The notes under the pieces: model-generated
What the model was told of the DNA's origin: nothing
Seen by the model: only the letters and a program-made list of their open reading frames with translations
Databases searched by the model: none
Made by a program: the position numbers and the translations under genes
Shown: piece by piece, positions 1-13,025 of the stretch
Layout of the letters: each line of letters opens with the position of its first letter
Position numbering within the stretch: the stretch's first letter is position 1
NCBI RefSeq assembly: GCF_004010195.1
Contig: NC_057718.1
Span: 102,222,079 to 102,286,078 of the forward strand
DNA: 64,000 nucleotides
DNA from: Chiloscyllium plagiosum
Lineage: Eukaryota
Reading direction: 5' to 3'

Positions 1-854
1 TTAGAACTTCAACTTTTAGATCTGGTCTATCCTTTTCCATCACTATTTTTAGACTAATAGAATTATGGTCGCTGGCCCCAAAGTGCTCCCCCACTGACAC
101 CTCAGTCACCTCCCCTGCCTTATTTCCCAAGAGTAGGTCAAGTTTTGCACCTTCTCTAGTAGATACATCCACATACTGAATCAGAAAATTTTCTGTACAC
201 ACTTAACAAATTCCTCTCTGTCTAAACCCTTAACACTATGGCAGTCCACGTGTATGTTTGGAAAGTTAAAATCCCCTGCCATAACCCCCCTATTATTCCT
301 ACAGACAGCTGAGATCTCCTTACAAGTTTGTTTCTCAATTTCTCTCTGACTATTAGGGGGTCTATAATACAATCCCAATAAGGTGATCGTCCCTTTGTCA
401 TTTCTCAGTTCCACCCAAATAACTTCCCTGGATGTATTTCTGGGACTATCCTCCCTAAGTACAGCTGTAATGCTGTCCCTTATCAAAAATGCCATTCCTC
501 CCCCTCTCTTGCCACCCTTTCTGTCCTTCCTGTAGCATTTGTATCCTGGAACATTAAGCTGCCAGTCCTGTCCATCCCTGAGCCATGTTTCTGTAATTGT
601 TTTGATATCCCAGTTCCATGTTCCTAACCATGCCCTGAGTTCATCTGCCTTCCCTGTTAGACCCCTTGCATTGAAATAATTGCAGTTTAATTATGAGTCC
701 TACCTTGTTCTCTGCTTTGTCCCTGCCTGCCCTGACTATTTGACTCGTCTTTGTTCTCAACTGTACCAGTCTCAGATTGGTCTCTTTACTCACTATCCAT
801 GGGTCCCAATGCTCCATCTTACCAGTTTAAATCCTCCAGAGCAGCTCTAGCAAA
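1..854 (-). mobile_element. CR1-clade LINE fragment (ORF2 APE endonuclease region), decayed
   Basis: ORF 181..495(-) has WVELRN..G..TLLGLYYRPPNS and MAGDFNFPNI, typical of CR1 APE endonucleases; flanks are disrupted. Confidence 0.9.
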
Positions 855-857
855 AGA

Positions 858-1007
858 TTGGACCACGGGAGGAAACCGGAGCACCTGGAGCAAACCCGCA
901 CAGACACGTGGAGAATGTGCAAACCCCACACAGACAGTCACCCGAAGGTGGAATATAACCTGGGTCCCTGGTGCTGTAAGGCAGCAGTGCTAACCAGTGA
1001 GCCACCT
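858..1007 (-). mobile_element. HE1-type V-SINE fragment
   Basis: Reverse complement matches the tRNA-like head and central domain of the full copies at 19572 and 32552. Confidence 0.85.
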
Positions 1008-2403
1008 AATGAGGATGAATTATTTCTTTTGGAACAATTAATTCACTTGGCAGTTGAATGAAGCCATAAATACCAGAATAAAATTGAATTTGAGTCAGTC
1101 TTTATTGAATGGACTGATCTTCACTGGATTGCTAAAGTTGCTAAAATTGTCCTTCCCTTCAGCACCTCTAAGGGAGAGACCCTAATTCTTGGTTTGGCTA
1201 CCTCCAGGTCTGACTATTCCTGCTTGCTCCTAACCAGCCTGCCATCCAGCACCCTCTGATTCATCAACATCTTTTGCTGCTCCTTATCCTGATTCATGGC
1301 AAACTCCACTCATCCATCATACGCTGTTCTCAAAGATCTCAACTCCTCCAAAGAGCTGTGTTCCCTGACGGAGTGCCACGCTGTTCCTCCTCCTTCCTGA
1401 GATGTGACAGCTGTGACACTTATGACTGCGAGGCGTTTGTCACCCATCCTTCAAAATGGTGACCACTGGTCCATCGAGCTGCTTTGAGTTCAAACGCCTG
1501 AGGAAGAGGAAAGGAAAGGAGGCAAATCCTACTCTCTGGCTCCCTCTGTCGACCAGGATGACCTGACCCACATGCCCAAAGAGCTGCAGGTGGAGGCCAT
1601 GTGATCCTGCCACCCCTAGTCAATATCAACCTCAAATTGAGGACTAGCCAGCACCTTCCAGATCAAAGCAATCCCCTGCATTAAAGAATTTTATAAGGTG
1701 CAGGCGGGAGAATGGTAAGAAGTGGGTTGCTCAGTTGGACAGCTGGTGTAGACCCAATGGGCCAAATGTCCTCCTCCTGAGCTCTAACGATTCTGTGCCA
1801 TCCAGAAGAAGGCAGTTATATACAGGATAGACAGATGGCTAATCAGGAAGGGAATCAAGGGTTAGAGGGAAAAGACAGGGAAGTGCAGTTGAGGATTATC
1901 CAATCTTCTTGAATGGCAGAGCAGATATAATGGACCAGATTTTTTTTTGTTAATTCACTCATGGGTTGTGGACGTTACTGGCTGGCCAGTGTTTATCGTC
2001 AATCCCTAGCTGCCCTTGAATTGAGTGGCTTGCTAGACCATTTCAGTGTCAACCCAGTTGCTTCGGGGCTGGACCACTTCACTCCCAACGATACGCTGGA
2101 GAAGTCAGGTTTCCATGGAGAGGAGATGGCCAAGTGGAGATTTGATTGAAGGATCAAGAACAATGTTTGAAACGATTGGCAAAACAAGCAGAATTGATGC
2201 AGGAAAGTGTCTTTTCTCACAGAGAGTGTGTAGGGTCTAGAATGCAGCGCTTTTTGAGAAGGAAAAAGGTGCAGAGTTCACCTGTGGAAGGCAGGAAGAT
2301 GGCATTGAGTGAGATGCTCAGTCAGAGAGCTAATGTAGACTCAATGGGCTGAATGGCCTCCTTCTGTAATGGTTCTGGATGTGCTATTGCTGTGGACATC
2401 CAA

Positions 2404-2468
<65 letters not shown>

Positions 2469-2650
2469 CTTTCTCTCTTTCTTTCTTTCTCTCTTTCTTT
2501 CTTTCTCTCTTTCTTTCTTTCTCTCTTTCTTTCTTTCTCTCCTTTCTTTCTTTCTCTCTTTCTTTCTTTCTCTCTTTCTTTCTTTCTCTCTTTCTTTCTT
2601 TCTCCCTCCCTTCCTTCCTCTCTTTCTTGTTCCCTCTCTTCCTTCCTTCC
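2404..2650. repeat. Compound microsatellite: (ATCT)n then (CTTT/CT)n polypyrimidine tract
   Basis: Directly visible; explains the SIYL/SFFL/KERK pseudo-ORFs. Confidence 0.97.
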
Positions 2651-3639
2651 TGCCCCAGGAACCAGTCCAGCCCAGCCATCGCCCCTGGCTGTGATGAGAA
2701 GGCAGCTGTATATGGCCCAGCCGCAGGAAATGCAACTGTTCGGCAGAAGTGACAAGGGCACTTGGCGAATTGGGAAATGAGCGGCTGGTCAGAGCAGCAG
2801 TAATTAAATGGAGACCTTCATCATATGCACCAGTGGTTCACCAATGGAAAAGCCTGCTAAAGTAGCACTGGGAGGTACGCAGTGCTATATCGGGCACCAA
2901 TCCTCAGCATTCCCAAAGGATCTGCAGCTTCATTAACCTCGAAACAAGGACAGGTTGTGTTCATCAGAGGACAGACGTGACTGAGGGCAGGGTGATTGAA
3001 ATGTCATCGACACGCTGCCAAATCAATGGATTGTCATCATTCCTCCTCTGTCAGCTTTCTCTGATTGCTTCCTGTTCTGAAGGCATTGCCAGTTGCTTCA
3101 GTGCCAACCTCAGCAGTAACTGGGTGGTCTCACAGCCTGACCAATGATCACAGAAAGGCTAGATTCACACAATGGGCTGAGGGAAGGCAGTTCCCACTTT
3201 GGGAAAGCTGGGGTTAATGGGGTGGTAAAGGTCTGCAAGAAAATTCATTGATTTACCGTCTCATGGTTTGTGATGAAGTTTCCCTTCCCTGAGTATCTTC
3301 TTAGGCCATTTTGGAGGGGAATTAAGAGTACTAAGAACATAGGGAAAAGGAAGGGAATCAGGCTATTTGGCCCCTCGAAACTGTTCCCATATTCAACTAG
3401 ATCATGGCTGACTTTTGACCTCAGCACTATTTTCCTGCACTATCCTCAAATCCCTTGATAACATTATCTGGAAACCATTCCATTTCTATCTGGAACATAC
3501 TCAATGACCGAGAACATACAGCCCTCTGGACCAGAGAATTCCAATATCGACATGGGAGCCAGGAACTCAGCACAATTTCTCAATTGACTGTCCACTTCAG
3601 AATCGAGAACAGATGATAAAATCAGGGTCGTGTGTACTG

Positions 3640-4245
3640 AGTGTGTATGGAATTGTACTTTTGAATGTATATATGTGTGTGAGTTATGTGCACGTAAGTA
3701 CGTACATGTCAGAGTGAGTGTGAGGGCATCAGCGTGCATGAACGAGAGTGTGTTTTTGTGTTTGTGTGTGAATGCATGTGTGAGTGAATGGAAGTGCACG
3801 TGAGCATGAATGTGTGCATGTGTGTTAGTGTGAACAAGTGTGAGAGTGTGTGTGAGCATGAGAGTGTGTTTTTGTCTGTGTGTATGTGTGTGAGTGTGAG
3901 TTTGAGCCAGTGTGAGTGTGAGCAAGTGTGCACAGGTGAGTGTGCAGGTGTGAGTTTGTGCATGTGTGTGTGAGAGCATCAGAATGTGAGTGTTTTTATG
4001 TGAATCTGCATATGAACATGAATAAGTGTGATTACACCTGCATGCATGTCTGAACATGTGCATCAGTATGACTATGTATGTTTTTGTGTGTGACCATATG
4101 TGTGTGTTTGTGTGCATTTGTGCATGCGAGTGTTAGTAGGTGCATGTTGAGTGCGCGTGTGTTTTTGTGTGAGTGCCCATGTGAGGATGAGAGTATGTGA
4201 TTGTGTGTTTTTCTGTCTGAGTGTCTGAGTGTGGGAGTGTGAATA
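3640..4245. repeat. Degenerate (TG)n-derived low-complexity tract
   Basis: TG/GA/GCAT-rich degenerate dinucleotide repeat giving His/Thr-rich pseudo-ORFs. Confidence 0.9.
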
Positions 4246-4717
4246 TATCTGTTCTGGTCGTTAAAATGTATGTGAGAAATTCCCACCCAAATGAGAACAA
4301 AATGTCCCGGCCAACATTCCTGTGACATGCCTGCCTCGGCTAAGTTAACCAAGAGGTCTCAAAATATAGCCCAAATATCAATTATTGTAACATGTGGCTG
4401 AGTTTGAATGTGCTCTTGAACCCTTCACTGTCAAGACCAGCATTTGATTCCCATCCCTATTTACCTGTGAATGAGTGGCTCCCTTGGTCAGCCATTTAGG
4501 AATCAAACCTATTGCTATGGATTTGGTAAGTCAGACTGAGATTCCTTTTCCTGATCCAGATTGTTTTTACATCAATTGATGATCATCATTTAAGGAGTAG
4601 CTTTCTGTTCCCGATTTATTGAATTTAAATTTCGCTAGCTCTGTTCACCTAGTTCTCTGGATTACTAACTCAGTGATATTACCACTCCACCACAACTTTC
4701 CCTTGCTCTTTATATTG

Positions 4718-4890
4718 CCATGATGTGGAGATGCCAGAGTTGGACTGGGGTGGTCAAAAGTCAAACGACACCAGGTTATAGTGCAACAGGTTTATATGAG
4801 ATTGTAAGCTTTTGGCGCGCTGCTCCTTCCTGAGGCGTGGTCTGATAGAGAGGTATAAGACACAGTAGTTATAAGCAAAAAGTTAACAAA
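4718..4890 (-). mobile_element. Penelope-like pLTR 3' fragment with decayed hammerhead motif
   Basis: Reverse complement matches the pLTR end at 37800-37921 (aaacctgttg..ctataacctggtg..ccagtccaac..ggcatctcca..atcatg); core decayed to CTCAGGA-A-GGAGC..AAAAGCTT. Confidence 0.8.
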
Positions 4891-5213
4891 TTTAAAACTA
4901 GCTGCCCTTGTTGAGTCCTTTGATCAGTTCTATCAGTCTTTACATGGCTGGTGCAGGTTGCTGAGGTTTAAATAGGATGTCTGGTAAGTTCAATAGTTCT
5001 GTAACCGAACCAGTGATCCACCCTAAGTTTCACAGGTACAATGTCCACACTAGGTCTTGACTGAAATGATCTGAAGATGCCTCCCTACAGTGTGTCTGCC
5101 TCATGGAAGCTGTCACGTGACTGTAGGAGACTAGGAAGGACACCTACAGACCGAAGGGTCTGTTTCCATGCTGTACACCTCTATGACTCTATGATTGCAT
5201 TCCAATCCACACA

Positions 5214-5880
5214 CAGGTCGTTCTGTTACCACATGCATTTCATCATTGCGAATTAATTGTAGCGTGATTGACGAATTGCAGATGCTGTTTCTAAAGTGCA
5301 AATTTTTAAAACATGTGTTGGCTGTAACATGATTACGTCGCCGACACTTTCAGCGCTGTTTCTGAAGTGCAATTTTTCTAATAATGTGGGTTTGCACAAG
5401 GACGCAACCATCAAGTTATAGAAGAATTACCGGTGTCCCCTTTTTTACACAAAATGAATTATGTGCAAATTTTTATTGACTCATCCACAGATGTGGGCTT
5501 CACTAACTAGAGGGCAATTAGGGATGGGCAATAAATCCTGGCCTAGCCATGATACCCAGAGGGCAATTATCATGCAAATTTTGTGTTACCTGAGCAAATA
5601 TATGAGACTTTTCTCATGCTTTAGCAGGTTGCTATTCCTCAGTCTGTGCACAGCATGCTCACAGGTAGTTCTTCTGTAACACAACCATCACATTCTTGTG
5701 CAACTCTGCGTTATAGAAAAATTGCGCTGAAGAAACTGGGTTTGAAGTGTTGGCGATATAATCGCGTTACAGCCAGCACACGTTTTAAAAGTTTGCGCTT
5801 TGGAAACAGCGTCCCGAATCTGTCAATCGTGTTACAGCGAATTTGCATTGAGGAATGCCATGTAATGGCAGAACGACCTG
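5214..5880. mobile_element. Non-autonomous DNA transposon (MITE) with about 135-bp terminal inverted repeats, Tc1/mariner-pogo-like
   Basis: Starts CAGGTCGTTCTG and ends CAGAACGACCTG; inverted similarity runs through gctgttt..aaa..ttttaaaac..tgtg..ggctgtaac..gatta..tcgcc; no transposase ORF. Confidence 0.85.
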
Positions 5881-6189
5881 CAGTACTGAATCATGCAAAC
5901 CCCCTCATCGTACGAGGGTCCAGTTGTCGTGGCTGTTCCTCTGAATGTTGGTGTTGTCCCAGGGAGTGTCATTCTATTGGCAGTTGCCATGACAGCCACT
6001 GTCATTCCATTTCCATTGCCAGGTTGCTGCCGGCCTCTGGATTGGACGGTTGGTGTGTGTTCCGGGCAGATGATGAATCTCCCTCTTGCTGATTGGCTGA
6101 GGAACAGCTTCTACATATGTGTGTGTGCACCTATACCTGCAGTACTGTATCTCTTCCACCATGTTCCCCCAGAGGGAGGGAGTGGGGTC

Positions 6190-6390
6190 AGTTAGCTTGG
6201 ACAGCTGGTTTGAAAGGTAGAGCAATACCAACACTGGGGTCGCCAGGAAGGACTCTCCTTCTCAACCTCTCCCCTCGCCTGAGGCAAGGTGACCCTCAGG
6301 TGAAACCATCACCAATCGTCTCTCTCTCTCTCTCTCTCTCTCTGTCAAATGAGGAACTGATCCTCTGGGGCAATGGGGATCTCACTTTTA
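6190..6390 (+). mobile_element. Short interspersed repeat (SINE-like) with internal (CT)n
   Basis: Related copy near 42765-43020 shares ctgagg..ggtgaccctca.gt.aaac followed by a CT tract. Confidence 0.55.
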
Positions 6391-6519
6391 TACAATCAAG
6401 GTGACATCTGCACCTCACAGGTCCCACGTTGACACTTGGGCTGGCTTTTGCTTAACGTCTGGACCCTGACTGGTTCTCCAAAACTGAACTCTGGTAATGG
6501 CTTAGCAGTCTGATTGAAA

Positions 6520-6610
6520 TGAAGCTGAAGACACTGGAGGGACTCAGCAGAACAACGGAGAGAGAAACAGAGCGAATGTTTCAAGTCCAGTGACCCTTCT
6601 TCAGAATTGC
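6520..6610 (-). mobile_element. Hammerhead-headed mini-element (family 3), decayed
   Basis: Minus strand reads ttCTGAAGA-A-GGGTC-actg-GACTT-GAAA-CATT then ctctgtttctctctcc, homologous to the copies at 30881 and 45170-45210. Confidence 0.7.
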
Positions 6611-7010
6611 CAACAGGCGCAAGAATGGGGCTGTGTTATTACTGTTGCATGATGCTTCACTCCTCATTAATTGTTACGTAAGCAACATCAAAGGAAAACT
6701 GATGCTCAGAGAAGCAGCTTTCTGTAAATGCTCACAAAAGAACCAAGGACTGTTATTGAATAGATGCTCAGGCTTTCCAAGAAAACCCACTTTCTTAATG
6801 TCACAGTGCAAAACAAATCTTTATTCGACAGCATAAAGATGGGGAACATTGCAATTCTTCCTCATTATGAATCATGCTGATTTATTCATTACTTCAATAT
6901 TTCTGCAATGCCATTAAGATGGAACAGAGCAAAGTGGCTACAAAGAAACCTGAGGGTGAATGAAATGTCAAGTCTTGGATGACAGATTTTGAAGAAAAGC
7001 AAGATAGATT

Positions 7011-8052
7011 CACACCGACAGGAATAGTGAACACTGACAGGGATAGTGAACACTGACAGGGATAGTGAACAATGACAGGAATAGTGAGTACTGACAGGGA
7101 TTGTGAACACCGACAGGGATAGGTAACAGTGGCAGGAATAGTAAACATCTACAGGAATAGTGAACAATGACAGAAATAGTGAACACTGACAGGAATAGAG
7201 AACAATGACAGGAATAGTGAACACTGAGAGGAATAGTGAACACTGAGACGAATAGTGAACACTGACAGGAAGAGCGAACTCCAGCAGGAATAGTGAACAC
7301 CGACAGGAATAGTGAACATCGACAGGAATAGTGAGCACCGACAGGGATAGTGAACATCGACAGGAATAGTGAATACTGACAGGGATGGGGAATACCGACA
7401 GGAATAGTGAACACTGACAGGAATAGTGAATACTGACAGGGATAGTGAATACTGACAGGAATAGTGTACACTTACAGGGATAGTGAACATCGACCGGAAT
7501 AGTGAATGCCGACTGGGATACTGAACACTGACAGAGATAGGGAGCACTGACAGGGATAGAGAATACTGACTGGGATAGTGAATATCAACAGGAATAGTGA
7601 ACACCGACAGGAATAGTGAATACTGACAGGAATAGTGAATACTGACAGGAATAGTGTACACCGACAGGAATAGTGAATACTGACAGGAATAGTGAACACT
7701 GACAGGAATAGTGTACACCGACAGGAATAGTGAACATCGACAGGAATAGTGAACACTGACAGGGATAGTGAACACCGACAGGGATAGTGAAAACTGACAG
7801 GGATAGTGAACACCAACAGGGATAGTGAGTACTGACAGGGATAGTGAACACCGACAGGAATAGTGAATATCGACAGGAATAGTGAACGCTGACAGGAATA
7901 GTGAATAATGGCAGGAATAGTGAACATTGACAGGGATAGTGAACATTGACAGGAATAGTGAACACAGACAGGGATAGTGAACACTGACAGGAATAGTGAA
8001 CAATGGCAGGGAAAGGGAACACTGAACAGGAATAGTGAACAATGACGGGATA
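7011..8052. repeat. 19-bp minisatellite, about 54 variant units (consensus CTGACAGGAATAGTGAACA)
   Basis: Direct tandem repetition; minus-strand ORFs show 19-aa periodicity (3 units). Confidence 0.97.
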
Positions 8053-9029
8053 GTCTCACACCAAGTAGGTAGTATATGAGTTCGTCAGGCATCAGTCTAA
8101 TTTGGGGAAAAGTTCATTTGTGTGAGAACTGCTACTTTCACTTGCACTTGTTTTATTAAAGCTAAGTTTAAACCATAATCCTTTGTTTGTCTCAAACAGT
8201 AAGAGCAGTTGGGTAAATGCAGCTTATGAGTAATAAACTGATCAAAGTGTCTGTATAGAAATTTCACTGGCAACAGGTCCATCTCCAGAAACAGGATAAA
8301 AACAGTCATCGTGAAGAGCACATTTCATCTTCTTGCCCTGTCTCTCAGCTCTCGCTAATCATTGCTCAACCACATTGCTTCTCCAGGATTATCCCCACGG
8401 ATATGGGAATTAGAATGAAGACAGGGAAATAAGAACAGGAACCAGCCAAACAGCCCATCAAGCCTGCTGAACCATTCAAACAGACACTGGCTGATTATCT
8501 CCCTTGAAGCAGTTTGTTGTATTGACAGTGGGTTTATGAAAATGCTTGGGAAGAACAGTGCACACAATTCCCTTGATTGTCTAAGAAATAATTCCATGGG
8601 ATCTTTTATATCTATCAGATAAAACAGACAGGGCTTTGTTTGACAGTTCATCTGAAAACATGCACAGTGAGGTGTAGGAACAGCATTTAGCCCATTGCAT
8701 TCCATGAGATCATTGCTGATCTGATAATCCTCAACACCACTTCCCTGCCTCTTTCCCATAATCCTTGATTCCCTTCCCGATTAAAAATTTGTATCCAATT
8801 CTTGAATGTATTTAATGACCCAGCCTCTACTGCGTTCTGTGGTAAAGAACTCCACAGCTTCATGTGTACAAGACTATGGGCAGGTGCTGGGAAGTGGGAT
8901 TTGAACAGTTCAGTGGTTGCTTTTGACAAGCACAGATAGAATGGGCTGAAGGGCCTTTTTCCATGCTGTAGGTTGGTGTGTGACTCTACACCATACACTC
9001 CTACACTCCCCATTCTTGCTATCAGTGGT

Positions 9030-9480
9030 ATCCAGGAATCTAAAGATGTCGTATCTTGAACCTGTTTAATGGTCCTGCCTCCACAGCGCTTGCAGTAGAG
9101 AATTCCACAGCTTATTGCTCTCTGAGTGAAGTAATTTGTCCTTTTCTCATCTTAAAAACTCCACTGCTTTTTCTGAGACTGTGTTCCCTGGTCCCTGACC
9201 CACAAAACAAGGGAAATATCCTAACTACATCCATTCTGTCATACCCTTCTGTTAGAATTTTGCAAGCTTCAATGAGGTCATCTCTCATTCTTCAACTCTC
9301 TGGTGAATGCGGGCTGAGTTTATTAGATTCGCCTCACGAGACAATCCTGCCATTCCAGGGATTAGTCTGATCAATCTCTTTGCACACTCTTTGGCAGCTT
9401 GGTCATTCCTTAAGCAAGACCTGAACAGCACACTGCACTCTAGAGCTGGTCTCCCTGAGGCGCTATACAATTGCAGGAAG
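9030..9480 (-). mobile_element. CR1 LINE 3' ORF2 fragment, old
   Basis: RLIRLIPGMAGLS..E-type translation and similarity to other CR1 3' pieces in the window. Confidence 0.7.
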
Positions 9481-10156
9481 ACTATTCAATCCTTCAGTGA
9501 AATTGCTGCTTTCCCTTCCGCACTGAACTCTCTCAACTGAAAATTGCAACTGGTTTCCTCGAATTGAAACTGTGCCACTTTATCCCTCCTTGATCTCTCT
9601 GCATCTTAAGATGATATGATGCCTTTTCAGTTTTAGCTGTTGGCCTGCTCTGTGGGGCTGTCTTAACTCACTTCATCACCCAATCTCATTGGAGCTCAAC
9701 CAAGTTTCTCTTCCAGCTCTCACCATGTGGCAGCTGTGGCTCAGTTGGCAGCACTGTCACCTCTGACTGTGATGGTTGTGAGTACAAGCCCCATGTCAGG
9801 TGGTGCTGCAATTTCTTGGCACTGGAGTTACCTCTTGATCCATCTTAAAGCTTATCTTTTGGATCACCTGTCCCAACCGCCTCAATGTGGCAAGCTGTCC
9901 AATTTTAAGACTCTCCTTGTCTTAAACAGGCTTTGCCTGTCCAATAACATCAGGCCAGACTTCAAAGTGCTCCTTCAAGCAACATCTATATATACAAGGA
10001 TCTTGCAACAGGCATCTCTCTGTCCCATGCTTTACTGGTTCCAGTCCTCTAGCAGATTACTGAGGTCATGATTACACTATAGCTCAGAGGCTCATCTGCA
10101 TATTCCTTAAATCCTATCTCTGCACTCCTGCGAAATGTTCTGGGATGTGAAAGATG

Positions 10157-10540
10157 CTACATAGAAACGTACAAATAGCTGGTGTAGGCCATTCGGCCCT
10201 TCAAGCCTGCTCCACATTCAGTATAATCATGGCAGATCATCCAACTCAGAATTCTGTTCCCACTTTCTCCCCCAGACCCTTTCATCCCTTTAGCACTAAG
10301 AACAATATCTAACTCCTTCGTGGAAACATTCAGTGGTTTGGCTTCAATTCCTTTCTGTGGCAGACAATTCCACAGGCTGCCCACTTTCTGGGTGAAGACA
10401 TTTCTCCTCATCTCAGTCCCAAATGGCCGATCCTGTACTGTGATCCGTGTTTCTGGATTCCCCAATCTTTGGGAACATCCTTCCTGTATTTCCCTTCTTT
10501 AGTCCTGCTAGAGTTGTAGATGTTTCTATGAGATACTCTC
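10157..10540 (-). mobile_element. CR1 LINE 3' end
   Basis: TEMRRNVFTQKVGSLWNCLP..KELD C-terminal CR1 ORF2 motif plus 3' tail (gggccgaatggcct). Confidence 0.85.
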
Positions 10541-11797
10541 AACTCATGCATCTGAACTCCACGTTGTAATTAGTTGGACCAACCTCTCTTAGAAATAACT
10601 TACATGAACCTGACACACTGAACCCAAAGCCACACCGAGGTGCGATGACTGGAATTTTTGAAGCGTCAGTGGAAGTATAAGCAGTGATGAATTGTTGCGA
10701 TAAAAGAACACAAATTGATTCACTTGCCTGGTAAACAGCAGCTTCCCTGTCCATTCAAAGACCCTAGTCAAAATATCCATCGCTGTCACTATAACGCTCC
10801 TCAAATTGCAATGGCATCTCATGTCAGGCACATTTCACTTCTTTCAGAGGGAAATCTGCAGTTGCACTGATCGGGTTAGCGGGATAAAGTCGGAACAAAG
10901 TATTGTTGGCATTCTGAGTGGATGGATTTCATCCAAATTCCGTTTAATGTTGTAGATTAGCAGCAAGGCGAGCACCGGGAAATTAGCAATTATTCCTTCA
11001 TCAATTGCACAGTGTATTGACTGATGTGGAGGATACAATTTGCATTTACCATGCCAACGGCATCTCCTGTTGAATTTGATACAGTGACAAAGGCACTCAT
11101 TGGTCTTCTTTTTATTCACTAAATGTTGGGCATTTCCTTTGTTCATTGCTGAGACTGGCTTCTCAGCAGGTTGCCTTTCAAGAATCTTCCCCTCGGTTTC
11201 CTAATAAACAGTCAGTCTTTGATTTAAACATTATCTCACTGTTTAATAAGTGATGCTTGAATACCAAGCGAAAAGCAGAAGTTCTGTTCTATTGGAGAGG
11301 ACACTCACTTCCCTCCTTGAGCAAGTTTAATGGCATTTCATCAGGTGGGAATTATGTGAGTGGGGACCCTGTTCTCACCTCTGCCCCCATTAAGACCCTG
11401 ATGGGAAGATCCTTGGACAGCTAACCTGTCCCACCAACAACTGAAACCTTCGACTGAGAAATTAAAGGTCATGCTGCCCGCGCTGGTATTAGCGCAGTGG
11501 GTGGTGGCGGCATCACCTAGTACACAGCGTGGATGGCAAGCTAACCCTCTGAGGGGTTCCTTGCTGTTTCCCAGGGGTTGGAAATGGGGTTCCCACCTTT
11601 GAGGGTACCCAGTGCCAAATCAAGGAATAAGGAAAGGCACCTCCCTCCCAGTCCTTGCTGCCAAGCCCCTCCCTATTTCCCAGCAACCTTCCTCCTTGCC
11701 CTCACTCACCACACAAGGCTGTGGGTATGGGTGCCATAACAGTAGTCGCCATAGCTCCCTGGTGGCACTTGTCTTCAATTGAGCTGTCAGCCTCTGG

Positions 11798-12020
11798 ATG
11801 TGCGAGGCAGGTTTTCACACAAAAGTGCTGCCAGAGGGGATGGTGGAAGCAGGCACTATAGCATTATTCAAGAAGCACCTGGACAGATGCAGAATAGGAA
11901 GGGAATAGAGGGATACCGATCCTGTAAGTGAAGGCAGTTTTAGTATGGAAGGGCAAAATGGGTCAGCGCAGGCTTGGAGGGCTGAAAGGCCTGTTCCTGT
12001 CCTGTATTGTTCTTTGTTCT
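11798..12020 (+). mobile_element. CR1 LINE 3' end
   Basis: Closely matches 63345-63595, ending in a tgttctttgttct tail. Confidence 0.85.
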
Positions 12021-12829
12021 GGCTGGAAGCTCTATGCAGACGTGATTGTCTTCTTTTGCTATTTGTTCTTTGATATCGGTGTCGCTGGCTAGACCAGCAT
12101 TTATTGTGCATCTCTAATTGCCGAGGGGGCAGTTAAGAGATGTGGCCGGTCACATGTAGTCCAGACTGAGTAAGGATGACAGATTTCCTTCCCTAAAGGG
12201 GACCAGCAAAGCAGATGGGTGTTTAGGACAAGCAGAGTTTACCTGGTTACTGGTTGGATACAAGTTTCACCATATGCTATTGCAAAGCCGTGGAGTCAGG
12301 TCATTAGCCTCAGGTTTAGGATCAATACTATAGTGACATTACCATTACTTTGTTACCTTCTTGTCTCCTGTGGAAGGTTTGTCATTAGTCTGTTAAGCAT
12401 CAGGTCGGGAACTGATTCAGTGAGCTTTCCCTATGAGAGGTGATGTGTTTCTTTTCCCTCCTACATCAACTATGGCTTAGGATTTCAGTTACCTGTCTGC
12501 AATCTATTCACAAGGGAGTAAAGTGAACCACCAAGCAGGATGCATCCAGCCAGCATCAATCACATACACCCTTCACAAAAGCTCACAACAGTGAACAGAT
12601 TTGGCAGAAATGATTACCTGACCCTTCCTTCTGTTAGAGTCTGAGGCAGTGACAGCTGGTGATTGTCCCAAGAGTGTAGAGAGTAAACCCTTTCAATGAT
12701 GGAGCATCACAATGAGTGACCTCAGTTGAATAAATAGGCCTGTTACTGCAAATTAACTTCACATCCTTCACTGCTGATTCTCTCGCTGTCTGTCTGTACA
12801 ATTCTTAGAATAGATTGTTGACTTTTAAG

Positions 12830-13025
12830 ACACGAGCTTGCATTTATGTAGCACCTTCCACAGCCCACCTGATGGCCCAAAGTGTTTTATAGCCAATGGA
12901 TGTTCACTATTGTAAAGCAGGACATGCAGCAGTCAAGCTGTGCACAGCAAGCTCCCAGAAACAGTAACGGGGTGGTAATTTGTTGCCCTGATGTTGACTG
13001 AAGGTAAATATACGCCAGGACACTT
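12830..13025 (-). mobile_element. DeuSINE/SacSINE1-like SINE 3' fragment
   Basis: cacagcaagctccca..aacag and gatgttga.tga.g.taaatat..gccaggaca blocks also occur at 43050-43090 and 43725-43830; family assignment from memory of the Deu domain. Confidence 0.55.

Noticed and set aside
2353..4352. SIYL/SFFL/KERK and His-Thr-rich ORFs (also at 34067-34554 and 49232-49867)
   Set aside because: Microsatellite translations
7011..8052. CRISPR-like array, or long coding ORFs (up to 297 aa) on the minus strand
   Set aside because: Units are head-to-tail with no unique spacers, there are no cas genes and the context is vertebrate; the ORFs arise because the reverse unit lacks stop codons
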